NCBI GenBank assembly: GCA_028534125.1
Contig: CM052817.1
Location: 85,872,001-85,936,000 of the forward strand
Direction: 5' to 3'
From: Lama glama
Taxonomy: Eukaryota
DNA: 64,000 nucleotides
Made by a program: the position numbers and the translations under genes
Notes under the pieces: generated by a model
Told to the model about the DNA's origin: nothing
What the model saw: only the letters and a program-made list of their open reading frames with translations
Databases searched by the model: none
In this document: piece by piece, positions 1 through 13,171 of the stretch
How the letters are laid out: each line of letters starts with the position of its first letter
Numbering within the stretch: position 1 is the stretch's first letter

Positions 1-30
1 GATAATATGATTTCATTCCCATATTTATTT

Positions 31-58
31 ATATATATATAGAGAGAGAGAGAGAGAG
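31..58. repeat. (TA)n(GA)n compound microsatellite
   Basis: atatatatat followed by agagagagagagagagag, read directly. Confidence 0.9.
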
Positions 59-99
59 CAAAATAGTTGATTTCATGAAACATATTTTAAAAAGTCAAT

Positions 100-600
100 A
101 GGAAAAAAAAGTGATCACCTCAACAAGTGCCAAAAAGTCACTTGATAAAATACAGCATGCATTTCTGACAAAAATTCTAAATAAAATAAGAAAGAAATAT
201 TATTTCTTGATGTAAATTAAAATATATTATCATAAGGTAAAAGCCAGCATCATGCATAATGTTGATCATCTGAAACAAATTTTAAGAACAATATAAGATT
301 GTCTATTATAAACATTAGTATTTAACAATACTCTAAAAGTACTATCCAGTCAATTAGTTGTAGACAAAGAGAGAAGCATAATTATCATTGTTTTAGATGA
401 TATTGTACTACTAAAACACTTCACAAAATGCACTTAAAATTTTGAAAAATAAGATAATTTTTATTGTGGCCTGTTACAAAGTGAAAAGACAAAATGAGTA
501 AGTATTTAGATTGCACGTATAAAATTAGGATTTATATCCCTTTTTACTATAGCAAACTAAAAGCTAAATAACAACAACAACAAAAGCCAGAAATAAATTC
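100..600 (+). mobile_element. Ancient L1 (L1M-type) ORF2 reverse-transcriptase fragment, degenerate
   Basis: From 111 it translates VITSTSAKKSLDKIQHAFLTKILNKI, resembling L1 ORF2 [26 protein letters not shown]. The rest is broken by stops and frameshifts. Confidence 0.7.
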
Positions 601-664
601 AAACATAATACACAGCACCACATGATTGTAACTTCAAATTCAGGGTCTTTTTTATTAAATACCA

Positions 665-1810
665 GAGTACTCAGGAATCTTGGTTTCAAGGGAGATAAAT
701 ATATTCTATCTATATTAAACAAAAAGGAAAATTACTGGACATATACCAGAGTCTTACTGATTGTACTTAAGGTTGAAAATTTTTGCCTAGAGAAAAAATT
801 CAGACACTAAAACAGTTCTGCTGGCACTATTTACAATTAGCCAAAACATGGAAACAATCTAAATGTCCATCAACAAATGACTGGATGAAGAAGCTGTGGT
901 ATATATATACAATGGAATATGAAAAAGAATAAAATAATGCCATTTGCAGCAACATCGACAGACCTGGAGATGGCCATACTAAATTAAGTAAGCCAGAAAG
1001 AGAAAGAAAAATACCATATGATGTCATTTATATGTGGAATCTAAAAAAAAAAGACAGAAAGGAACTTATTTACAAAACAGAAACAGACTCATAGACATTA
1101 TGAAACATAGAAAACAGATGTATGATTACCAATAGGGGTAAAGGAGAGGATAAATTGGGAGTTTGAGATTTGCAGATACTACTACATATAAATAAACAAC
1201 AAGTTTCTTCTGTATAGCACAGGGAACTATATTCAATATCTTCTAGTAACCTATAATGAAAAAGAATATGAAAAGGAATATATTTATGTATATGTATGAC
1301 TGAAACATTATACTGTGCACCAGAAATTGAGACAACATTGTAAACTGACTATACTTCAATGAAAAAAAATTATAATAAAAAAATTAAATAAAACAGTTCT
1401 GCTGGATCTGTTCATTTATACTGAAGATGCTCTTCAGTATAAATCATCAGGAAAGACTGTCAGGGTCAACACTAGATACTGCAGCTCCCTCCTTTGGAAA
1501 AGGTGGTTACCACCACTGGATACCTTTACTGAAGCAATGGCAAAAACAAATTTTCACTTCACTTTTCCTTTCTTTCTTCCTTTTTTTCTTTTTAGTTGCA
1601 TTGCTAGCACCAAGTTTAATATATAAAGCAGAAGTTTAGATTTGGACAAGACACCGGTGCACCATTTTCTGTGAATTTGAGAGAGAAATATTTGGGATAT
1701 TCATCATCCATACTAAAAGGTAGAGCAATGACTCCCACTAGGCTATGCACAATTGATCATCTCCAAAAATTAAAAAGTGGATGTTGGGTAATAAAGAGCC
1801 AAGACATATT
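665..1810 (-). mobile_element. Old MaLR (MLT1-type) LTR, split by the L1 at 825-1388
   Basis: tactcaggaatcttggtttcaagggagataaat...aaacaaaaaggaaaattactgg resembles the reverse-complemented 3' end of old MLT1 LTRs. ...aaaagtggatgttggg near 1790 resembles their 5' end. Confidence 0.5.
825..1388 (+). mobile_element. 5'-truncated lineage-specific L1 (ORF2 C-terminus, 3' UTR, A-rich tail) with 17-bp TSD
   Basis: Encodes ...AKTWKQSKCPSTNDWMKKLWYIYTMEY (L1 ORF2 end) and has an A-rich tail. Perfect direct repeat taaaacagttctgctgg at 808-824 and 1389-1405. Confidence 0.95.
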
Positions 1811-2760
1811 GAGAATCTTGTTGTTCCTGACACTGACACTCATCCATCTTTCCATAGTTAAACTTCCCAAAATTTTTACCTACATAATGCAACTCTTCCT
1901 TTCACAATTAAGAAAACAAAGGAGTTCCCACTTTCCCATAAGAACACAGCTCTAAACCCTTTCATGCCTGCATGTGCCCCAGTACCATTATTGCTGGGGG
2001 ATATCTACTCCACTTCTGACTTTGTTATGCACCTCTCTCAGTATTCCACAAATTGCCCAATGGCAAAGTTAACCGACTACCGCCCTCAATATACAATTGT
2101 CAGGAGGAGGGGATAAAGAGGAATTTGAAAGGTGGAATCACACTAAATCAAGTCTATTTTTCTACAATTGGTAATTGGCATAATTTATATTTATGATTCT
2201 CCTTTTTCACTACCCATTCATTTAGTTGGCAACTCTGTTGATAAGCTATTAAGAGCTCTTTGTTCTTTGGGTGAGCCACACCTTCATTTCTGAGGATGTT
2301 CGTGGCAGTAATGCCTCTTTGGGATTCTCTGTGTTGCATTAATATTTATCATTGGTTATATTTTTCTGATAATAGGAGATACCCCTCATAGTATGCAGTT
2401 TTATCTACTTGATTATCCACCAATATGCTCATCTTATTTTTACTTGTTTACTGATTATAATAAATAGCCTTAAGTGGCCTAGTATCAGATTCAGCTTATA
2501 ATTTTCTGGAACCATCATTTTCCTCAAGTTGAAAAAGTCCTAACCCTGCAGAACCCAGAATTATGCTGATAAGAACATTGTTTTCCTTGACAAAACAAAT
2601 ATTCATCATGAAAGGTGCCATTCTACTCATTGGTTAATAGGCAACAGTATTTTCTTCAAGGGCAGAACAGCTCCATATAGTGTTATTTCTGGTTCAAATT
2701 CCACACTATAATCTGAAGGTCTGCTTCCCATTCTGCAAAGAGCCTGACTCTCAGTTAGCC
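1810..2760 (-). mobile_element. ERVL/MaLR internal region remnant with dUTPase-like segment
   Basis: Minus strand around 2560-2460 reads LGSAGL and then MMVPENYKLNLILGHLRLFI, resembling ERVL LGSAGL...TMVPLNWKLRLPPGHFGLLM. It is adjacent to, and in the same orientation as, the LTR at 665-1810. Confidence 0.6.
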
Positions 2761-4043
2761 AGATAGCTTTCTTCCCTATATTTCATGGCTAAATTTCTCA
2801 CATCATTCAGGTCTCTGATAAAACATAGGAGAGAGTAATGTTTTTGACTGATCTAGCTAAAAGAGGACACCATTCACTATTCCCGTTCTCTTATCTTTCC
2901 CGAAGGCCAAGATGAATATTCAGTACACAGGCAGATTGTTTGCTGCAGGAACTTCCATTGTCCCTTACAAGCAAAAAGGGAGAGGCTGTTAGAGATGTGC
3001 TAGGTGTACTGACTGGAGTCTGAATTGCCAGTCTTGGATAACAGACAGGAACCACAGCGACTTTGGAGGGCCGAGGAGCAGACAGCACTGCCTCAGGACA
3101 CCGCCCTTGCTACTTGATGCCAACCAACATGCCAGGCATCGACTCTGAAGTCCTTTCTTTTCAGACATCTTAGAAGCATTTCTTTTGTTGCCCCAAGTTT
3201 CAAAGTTTCAGGTCAAGCCTAGTATATGTACCCTAATTCCCTGGGACAAGTGATGAAGTTCTGGCTCCTTTGGGCACTTACAAAACACAATATAGAGAAA
3301 AAGTAAAACATACAAAGGGGTGGTCTGATCTGGAAACATATGTACTACATATGTGTAATCTTGAAGAAATGAGAAAAGAAATGTATCTTAGGGGAGAAAA
3401 ATCAAATGTAGTAAATTTGCATACATTTCTCTCTCTCTCTTTCTCATTAAATACATAATGTTGAAAATATAATTTTAATGGAAGATTATCTCAATCAGAA
3501 AAATAGATGTGATTATAGAATTTAGTTTGCTTAATTTACAGGATATGCATTTATAGGAAAGGAAAGGTGGTTATAAAGAATGAGTATTCATATGGAAATT
3601 AAACATTCAAGAGTAGACAGGAGCTTCTGAAAGATGAAGGATGAGTTAGCCATGTTACAATACACTGAAATACATTGTGGATTTAGAATCATTAAAATGG
3701 TTTGGACATAAGAATTCATTAATAAAGCAATGTATTATGATAGAACATAAAGAAATAGATGCTACTAACATTTATAATAATTCAAGATACATTTACAATA
3801 ATTAAACATTTAATGTATTTTGTACATATAAAATAATGGTCATTGAGAGATGGATTGCTCATTTTCTACTAAATTTAAATATTAAAAAATAAGTTCACTT
3901 TTGGAAAGTGCGAAATTTTAATGAAAAGACGAGAGTGAAGAAAACATTACTAGGGCAGACAAACTCACAAAACATAAAACAATACATAGCAATACATTTT
4001 TCTATCCCTTACACAAAGTAAAAAGTAAATGATACATTTTTAA

Positions 4044-4248
4044 TTCTTATTTTTTACTGGTGTAGTTGATTCACAATGTTAGTTTCATGTGTACAGCAAA
4101 GCAATTCAGTCATACATATACATACATAAATACATTTTTTTTCAGATTCTTTTCCATTACTGCTCATTACAAGATACTGAATATAGTTCTCTGTGCTATA
4201 CAGTAGGTCTTTGCTGTTTACCTATTTTATATTTAGTAATGTACATCT
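4044..4248 (-). mobile_element. Short L1 3' end with degenerate TSD
   Basis: Typical cetartiodactyl L1 3' UTR on the minus strand (gaatatagttctctgtgctatacagtaggtc). Flanks aagtaaatgatacatttttaa (4023-4043) and aagcaaatggtacacttttaa (4249-4269) differ by 3 transitions. Confidence 0.85.
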
Positions 4249-6139
4249 AAGCAAATGGTACACTTTTAAAGATTATATTATCACAAAAAAGGATAATTGT
4301 CCTTATTAATACATGTTCTAAAAACTAAAAGGGAAATACCAGAAACCAGATAGAAAACAATTCCAAAGTGTATGAACAGTCAGAAATACAAATGGATTAC
4401 ACACTTACAGAAAAACAAAAATGAAGTATATGAAAACATGTCTATATACTCGTTATAAAACCAACTTAAAGTATCAATAAATGTAGTATTTTCCCTACAT
4501 GGTTATGAATTGGTAAAAAATCTAGAGGGTGATTTGGCCATATATGTAAATATTAAAATATGGAAAAAATAACTTTGGAAACTTATTTTCTAACACTTTA
4601 TGGTATAAATATATTTCAGAGGTCTATAAAGATATAGAAATAAAAATTATTCCGGAATGGCATTTAATTACAAAGAACAAGAAACTGTTTAAAAATTATG
4701 TATTTTATACTTGGAAGGCTGTGCATTTATTTTGAAGAAACAGTTCAATCTATAGGGATCATTTTTTTCCCATAATAGGCAGAGAAGACACATTTGCACT
4801 ATTTGGATATTTAATAAATATTTGTTTCATAATGTTAAAAAAATCATAGAACTGAAAAGAAGTGTAGAATATGGTTATAAAATAGGGTCTTGCAACCTTG
4901 AATTCATTAACAATATAGCAGAAACAAGTGTACTCAAAGCCATTAATACATACAGCAGTATTGTGATGTTAGAAGTCATTACTGCCATTTGCTTGCCCAT
5001 GAAAAAAAAAATTCTCACTATATTCTACTTTAGGAAACTCTTAAAACGATGCTGTAATGGAGCTAGCCATATTTGTGTTAGAATTTAGGGTAAAATTACA
5101 TTTTTAAGTTGATCATATTGTGTTAGATTAATATAGTGTCTGGCTGTCATCTAGACAATTCCTGGGACATTACTTTTTGCAAGATACCCCTGGACCTGCA
5201 CAAACATGCTGTGTTACAATACAATCAATATATTATTAACGAATCGAGCCCTCCTAGACAGATTTATATAGCTCAGAAAATAAAAAGGGGATACTCTTTG
5301 CAACAAGAAGATATTTTTGTTTCTTAATAGTAATTTGCACTTCAATTTAAGTTAATATTATTGTAATGACTTTCTTTGGAATCGTGGAGAAAATAACTAC
5401 ATTTCTGCTGTCAAGGGTTTAAATTACTTTTGGATGTGGCTGGACTGTGATTCTTTTAAGAATAGAATTTAATAATTTGTAAGTATAGGCATTTTTGTTG
5501 AATATAGTCTATATAGATAAATCACAGAATGCCATTATTTTAAACTGCATGTAGCTAAATGACTAAAGGCATATTACCTACTTCCCTATAAAAGTTACTG
5601 AAGGAATCCTTAACCTCTACTAAAAATATCCATCAGGACAATTAGCTTCAGGGACTAATATTAGATCAAAGCTTGAGATTTGGGGAAATGAGTTTGTGCA
5701 TAATAGCCATTCACCACCCTTCTCATTCTGCAAATTCTATCTCCAAGGTACTCTTTGCAATTATTCCAAGCAGCGATGCTTCTTTAAAAAGCAATTATAC
5801 CAGCCATTAACACCATGGAAGAACAGCTCAAAGCCAACATTGGTACTTCCAGAGTAGTTAAACTTGGAAACAAAACAGAGAAAAAGGAATACCTCAAGGC
5901 TATGGTTACACTTCATCAAAATTTCAAGTGGAAATTGAACAGGTCTTGAGAATTTAAAGTATTCAAGCAACAAAATTAAAGAAAATTATGAAAACTTAAC
6001 CAAGATGCATTGAAAAGAAATATTTGCCTCAGGGATATTTAATGGACTATGTGAAGCATGAAAATGCAGAGGCGTCTCAGACTTTCGCAAAATGAAGTAC
6101 ACATACACACCTACACACAAATCTACCCTTAACAAAAGT

Positions 6140-6362
6140 GTATCTGAATTCAAATATTGACTTTTCCTCCTTAGTGCAGTGTGACTTTAGGCAAGTAACT
6201 TAATTTCTCGGTACGCAATCTCCTCATCTATAAAACAGGATAACAATGACACTGCCCTCAGAGTTGGAGACATAAGTTAATTAATACACATGAAACTACT
6301 GAAATAGGGAATGGCACATAGTGGCACACAGTAAGTATGCTTTCTCATTGCTATTATTACTG
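6140..6362 (+). mobile_element. MIR SINE
   Basis: Core gtgactttaggcaagtaacttaatttctc...ctcctcatctataaaacaggataac and 3' end tggcacatagt...ctattatt. Confidence 0.85.
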
Positions 6363-7010
6363 ATACTAATACTGAAGTCAGTGCCTGTTCTCTTCACTCT
6401 GTTATGGAAATGAGCATTCAGAAATGTGAGCAAAACTAAAAAGTCCTAAGAATTTAACAACAACCCTGGTTTGGAAAACTTGGCAATCACATAGACAAAG
6501 ACAGATTACGTTAGTTTTTAGTACCTATATTAAGAATATTTCTTTACGGGAAAAAAGAAGAGCATTTAAGCCGATGCCAATTTTAAAGTAAGATCTTGAT
6601 CAATACACAAGGAATTGAAGTTGTAGAATTAAATTTTGTTAGACATAATTTGTGTTTTGTCTTCTCTGAACATTAAACAAATAATTTTAGAAAGCATCTG
6701 CTGAACGTGTCACGGACACTCACACATACACACACACCACAAACGCGCAGAGACTTTATCTATGCTAGTGTCCTTTGTAAGTACTCTAATTTCAAATGGT
6801 TTACCTGTGTGCATTGTCCTCTAGATCAGTGCTCTTCAAACTGATGATGCATTCCATCATTAAACACCTTTCTGTATTTCCCATATGTCTACTTATGATA
6901 AAATTATATGTGTGTGCTACTATAATAATATGTTATTAGCATGCTAAACAAAAACCAAAAAAGGTAAAACATGAGAAAAATATAAAGTTGTTTAAATTAC
7001 AGATTTTTTG

Positions 7011-7101
7011 TAGTTTTCTTTTTATTAATTTATTTATGTGTGTATTTATTTTTTTATTCAGTTATAGTCAGTTTACAATGTTGTGCCAATTTCTAATGTA
7101 T
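7011..7101 (-). mobile_element. Very short L1 3' terminus with T-rich tail
   Basis: attcagttatagtcagtttacaatgttgtgccaatttctaatgta is close to the reverse complement of the L1 end at 1320-1360. Possible TSD gattttttg at 7002-7010 and 7102-7110. Confidence 0.75.
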
Positions 7102-7745
7102 GATTTTTTGATTCATTAACATCAATAAGTCATTTTATAATATGATTTATTGTTTTTGTAAATCTTGATTTTACATTGTGTGATGTTCCTCATTTTGAAT
7201 TCTGGTTACACAGCATTGCATTTTTTTTCCCTGACATATTACATTATTAGCAAACAGGCACAATAAGGCTACGAAAATCTCCAATTTTGGTCCTTTTAGG
7301 TGTTCTGGACACAGCTTGTTCAAACTTGACATTAAGGCAAATATGATAATATTCTAGAAGGACCATTCAGAGAACCAGGCTCCCCTGAATTCAAAGCTGG
7401 ACACAGGACCAATTAGAGATTTCGGCTAGAGCACCACTCGGAAGTGCACAGGCTACAGAGCACACAGGTTCTTATATTATCTTAATGTAAAGTAGGAGTG
7501 GAGGGATCAACGCATTTTGGTATTTGATTTTAGTGGCTGTCATAGCTTAAAAAAAAGGTACTTCACCAAGATATACATCCCCAAGTTAAAAAGGTGCATC
7601 CTTGCCTCTGTTTTTTAAAAATTAAAACATGATTCTTATTTTCCAGTTTTATCAATTTAAGTAATTTTTTTCTAATTCAGCAAGTACATTTTTATATTCT
7701 CATATATTAATCATTTGTGCTTGTACACCAATAAGAATATATTCC

Positions 7746-7830
7746 ACACATATATATGTATACACACATTTATATGCATACACATACATGTGTGTGTGTG
7801 TATATATATATATAGAGAGAGAGAGAGAGA
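7746..7830. repeat. Compound (CA)/(TA)/(TG)/(GA) microsatellite
   Basis: Read directly. Confidence 0.85.
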
Positions 7831-8394
7831 TGCGTATGGTAGGAAATTCTATTTTTTTTTAATGTGGGAAGATAAGAGTTTTAATAGGTGATATAGTGAC
7901 ATTGGTTCCAATAGCAAAGTTACATAACAACAGAAATATTCCAAATATTAATTTTCAAAACATGCTTTTTATAAGGGAGGCTTACGTGACAAAAGCAGTT
8001 ATGTTTTCATTAACTGTAAAATAATTTCACTTTGAAAAAATAGGTTACATGTATGATTTTTTTCCCAAAAGTAACTGTGAGTCATACATAAATCACTGAC
8101 ATATTTTCTGAAGTTAGTAAATCTGGATCTATTGTCTTTGTACAAAAGAAACATACAATAAATGTGAAATTAATCTTTACATTAGATCTCCTCTCTTAAA
8201 ATTTTTCCATAATAGAGCCAGTGAACTTTATGTTGAAAGATATATTCACAGATTTCACATTCCATAAAAAAATAGAGAATATACTACATGTTGAAAATTT
8301 TCCTTTTTAAAATTGACATCATAGTTATAACAATCTGTGTGTTTTTTGCTACCATAGATTATCTAGATTATTCTTTTAAAAAATCCTAAAAACA

Positions 8395-8926
8395 GATTCA
8401 TTCTTGACTCCTTTTACTGTCTCATGAGCCACAATCAGTAAGAAAATTCTGCCAAAAGCGTATTTCTAATCTAGAATCTTACCATTTCTGCCACCACTGC
8501 TGTGGGCCGAGCCAGCTTTATGTCCTGTGTAGATCACTCCTAAGAGTCCCTAAGCCCCATCTTTTCCACCTAAGGTCTATTCTCAACATCATAACTAGAG
8601 ATCCCTTGAAAAATTATGTCTGATGACACTTCTGTTCAAGAGGAAAAACCCTTCAAAAGATTGCGCCACTCAGAGTAAAATCAAAGTTTGTAGAAGTATC
8701 TAAAGGCACTATACATTCTGGGCCCCTAGAACCTTCCCAGGGTGTCTCTTTCCCCAGCAGAGTTTCAAGGCTGCGCTGGCCCTCGTGCCATTACTCAAAT
8801 GTGCTCTGAGCAAGACACAGCTTCAGCCTTTGAACTTGCTGTTCCCTTCTCCTGGAAAATAGCCGTGTGTGAAGGATTCGTTCCTTCACTTCTTTTGGGC
8901 CTTTGTTCAAGTGTCACCTTCTTAAA

Positions 8927-8957
<31 letters not shown>

Positions 8958-9240
8958 GCCATTTAAGAAATCGTATATATACATCAGTCCTCACCCCAAC
9001 TAGGGCTCTCTATTTCTTGTTCTTGCCTGTTTTTATTCTATGGCACTCATTAATCTCTGACATACTCCATCTTTTATTTACTTATTGGCATATATTCTGT
9101 CTCCCCTGCCCAGTGTGAGTCCCATGAAGGTGGGAATTTCTGTCTCCTTTGTCCAATGCTGTATCTCCAGGCTTCAAATTCCTTGAAAGCTATTCCATGG
9201 AAGGCAGTAAATCAATTCTCATTTAAAGAATCAATCGATT
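8395..9240 (+). mobile_element. L2 (L2a-like) 3' portion
   Basis: Contains gcctttgaacttgctgttcccttctcctggaa and the L2 3' signature tgtctcccc...tgtgagtcccatgaaggtggga...tgctgtatctccag. Confidence 0.8.
8929..8957. repeat. (AC)14 microsatellite inside the L2
   Basis: Read directly. Confidence 0.95.
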
Positions 9241-10829
9241 CATTTTAACTGTTCTACTAAAACCCCATGACCTTTTCTCAGAATTTTTCAAGACTAGCAA
9301 AATGGCTATTCCATTTGTGGTTAAAATTATGTAGTTTTTCTTAATGTAAAATATGTTTTTTCAAGGTATTAACTTGAAACTGCATCTGACTAGTATATCT
9401 TTCTTCACTGGTCCAAAAAACAGTACTTTTTTGTATATTTTGTTTTTGTAACAATTTTGTGAAAACCAAAATATAAGACATAGTAGAAACTTGTGTATGT
9501 CCATCCAATTTTGCAGCAATGTTCCTGAACTTTGAAATATGTTATAAAGCATGTTTGCTTTCAGATCTTCAGCAGTGTTTCCCAAGCATCCTCTGACAGC
9601 ATTTCTGACAACTGAATGAACTCTGTCTCAATCCCACAGTGTTTTGTATGTTTTATTTGAGCTGTTTTATCATGGCAAGAAGAACAAGTGTTACTTTGAT
9701 GGGGTATTAGAATTTCACTTTCAAATAAGAAACTTCAGAAGAACCATCTTTGCCATTGAGGGTATTTTTACAGAATATTGTGTGAAACGTAGACTGACTT
9801 GCTGAAAGTAATTGTAGAATTTGCTTTTCATATGTTGGACACAGTTTTTAAATATCTTGTTCATAATGAAAACTTAATCATTATCTGTGATCTCGAACCA
9901 CATTGGGACTTAGGGCATGTATCCATCATTAATAATATGAATCTGTATAAAGCCTTATATTTAATAGTTTATTATAATTCTAAGCTCTTTAAATTTTTTT
10001 TTCAGTTCTATTAGACTTCTGTTATTTTTACCTTGTTATGTTATGTACCTATATTAGGAAAAGAAAAAGTCAACTTGAGCCCTTTCTTATGTGCACTTCT
10101 GCCTAACTTAGTATTTATTTTTCTTTGCAAATATAATTTTAGTCATTTTGTAAGCATTGTCTTAGTTAAACATAGTTGAACAAAATAATATAAATTTGAA
10201 TTCATGTAATCAAGTTTACTGAAGATGTATTATCTTATAATATTCTATAGCAAAATGAGTTTGTTCATAGATTTGTATACTAAATACCCTCAACTTTCTT
10301 AGGATCACTAGTACATTGCATGTCAGAGGTGATCACACGACATATAGACCTAAGGAGAGAAGAGTCAACTTCTGTATCAAAATATACATAGGAAGTTTAA
10401 TATTCTGCACCTGTGTCATACAAGAAAATCTTGCAAACTACTTGGCAAAGGATATTTTCCACCACAGGGACCACTGATCTTGACTGTAAACTTCTTAGAG
10501 AAAATGCACAATGACCCATTCATTGGATCAATAGCACAGAACAGAATAGCTGGCTTGCAATGGTAGTATACAGTTAATGATTACTTGCCGAATAAAGGCA
10601 TTTAAGCATTTATGTACTAGATACAATGAAATATTATTTCACCAAAGTATTTATGATAATATAGCTTTTATTTAATAAATTACTTTGAAAAATAAAACTC
10701 AAACTCATCAATAATATAGTTAGCTTGCTCAAATCAGACACTAGTTTACAAAGACATGCTTTTAACCAAGATTTCCAGTTGCATCAAATATACATTCCTG
10801 TATGTATGTTTGCAATCATCTTTATTCTA

Positions 10830-11430
10830 CACCACCATGTTCACAGCAGCATTATTCACACTAGTCAAGACATGCAGACTAAGTGTCCACCAACAGACGA
10901 ATAGATAAATGAAACTGTTATATATGTATATACAATGAAACATTATTCAGCCATAAGGTAGGAAATCCTGCCATTCGCAATGACACGGATAGATCTTGAA
11001 GGCACATGATAAGTGAAATAAGTCCAACAGAGAAAAATAGATACTGTATGATCTCACTTATGTACAGAATCTTAAAGTTGAACTCATGCACACAGAGAGC
11101 AGAATGGTGGTTGCTAGAGGGTAGGAGGGTAGGGCTAATGGGAAGATGTTGGTCAAAGGGTACAAAATCCCAGCTATAACATGAATAAATCTATGATATG
11201 GTGACTACAGTTAACAGTACTGAATTATATACTTGAAAGTTGCTGAGAGTAGATTTTAAATGTGCTCATCACACACACAAATGGTAATTATGTGAGATGA
11301 TGGAGGTATTAATTAGTCTTATTCTGGTAATCATTTTGTAATGTATGTGTATCAAATCATCACCTTGTACATCTTTAGCTTAAACAATGTTATATGTCAA
11401 TTATATCTCAGCAAAGCTTGGGAGGAAAGA
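10830..11430 (+). mobile_element. L1 (L1MA9-like) ORF2 end and 3' UTR
   Basis: ccatgttcacagcagcattattcacac (PMFTAALFT), gttggtcaaagggtacaaa, and the end motif gttatatgtcaattatatctcagcaaagc. Confidence 0.9.
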
Positions 11431-13089
11431 AGCATTCAAAGTGTTCCACCACAACACTAAACTTCTGACTACATGCATAACTGGTATAATCATTTTCATT
11501 AAGATAGAAAATTATTTGAATCCAATAAAAGCAGTTAACAACCAACCAACCAACAATAAATATTTACTCAATGCCTAATTATTGTTGGTGTTTAAGCTAG
11601 GAAAATATTTTTTTCTCTTTTTATGAAAATAAAGAAATGCCATTATTAATTGCTTCTGAAGTGTCTACTGTAATTTTATATATTCTTATTACTACATAAT
11701 TAGTTTTTATGCTTCAAATACTTGAACCTCTTGAGATATATAATCTGTACTGGCAGTTAAAGTCTTTTATTTATTGAACAGTAGGAAAGGGTGACATAGA
11801 CAGAGTTTCCTGCCAATACACTTTACTGCTGATATTAAAAACAGAAGAGAATTCCAACATGGAACATCCCTTACTGTTTGCCAAGTTCCTCATAGGCTGC
11901 TAATCACTACCTGACAACGATTCAATGAAAAGTGAAGTCAGACCACCAAACTATTCATATGTCACAGCCTACTGAGCAGCTGCCAAACATTAAACACCAG
12001 ATGTCTTCATTGACCTAGGCTGGACTGAAAGCAGAGAATGGATGGCAATGACTTTAGCTCAGGTCCAGATTTTCCTAAACCAGTTTAGACACAACTACAC
12101 ACACATTTATAAAACTCAGCTAAGCTGTAGGGACAAAACATTATAATTTCTATTTATATTTTATCTAAAGTTTAAGATATATGTTTATTTACAAACACAC
12201 ATATGCACATGTGTGTGTATGTAATGAATACTGAGATTTTGTAAAATGGCGGTTAGAGCTATCACTACTCTATATAAAAGATAAATAAAAAAGTAACTTA
12301 AAAAGTAGGTGGCAATCATGATATATTTCATGAAATGAATGTTTATGTTTGCTATTTTAAGGTACTATAAAACTAGGAAATGGTGCTTATAAATACATGT
12401 CTGTATGCACACACACATTTCATAATACACAAGGAGAGACTTCAGTAATCCATAATATTATAATTTTTATTAGCTTTTTATAGAATGAACTTCAATTTCT
12501 AAATACAGTATGTAGTAGCTACTGCTATATCCAACCTTGCACCGAATTTCTGGAACTTACATACATATATAATTACAGCCACATCAAAAGTGAGGAAAGA
12601 GACTGGGGGGGGGGCAAAAAATCATGAGCACCCATTTAAGCAAGTAAACTAGCTTGACTTATATTTGAAATAAAAATTGCAGCTTAAGGGAAGAAGCACT
12701 GACCTATAACATGCTTAAGATGGTGGAGTCAGTAGCAGGTGATGATCTAGGGGTAATTTAGGGTGATTAACTGATGTGCAGGGACAGGAACAAGCAAAGG
12801 GTTCACACATCCATCCACCTTGAGTCACCGAGCAACCTGCAAGGGTCTGCCTCCTAGACTATGCCAAGAAAGGGAGAGCTTCAGTCTGGGAGGAAGAGCA
12901 GGGCTCCATGTGTCTGATCATAGAGCAAAGGGAAGCATTATACTCAGAAAGGCAGCCCCTGAGGTGCCTTCAAATGGTGAATGGATAGCATGTGTCATAG
13001 GCAGATTTATAATGATGTCCCCCAAGATTCCTCTGGTATCTGACTTCTAAACCCCCAAAACATTGGATATAATACATCAATGGACAAAG

Positions 13090-13171
13090 CTGAGAACAAA
13101 CAATCATAATGACACAAGGCTTAAAAATTCCTGAGAACAAACAATCATAATGACACAAGGCTTAAAAATTC
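13090..13171. repeat. Perfect 41-bp tandem duplication
   Basis: ctgagaacaaacaatcataatgacacaaggcttaaaaattc at 13090-13130 and 13131-13171. Confidence 0.95.

Noticed and set aside
5815..5949. 44-codon ORF with a good Kozak context (caccATGG; MEEQLKANIGTSRVVKLGNK...)
   Set aside because: No recognisable homology, promoter or splice context. Its length is expected by chance.
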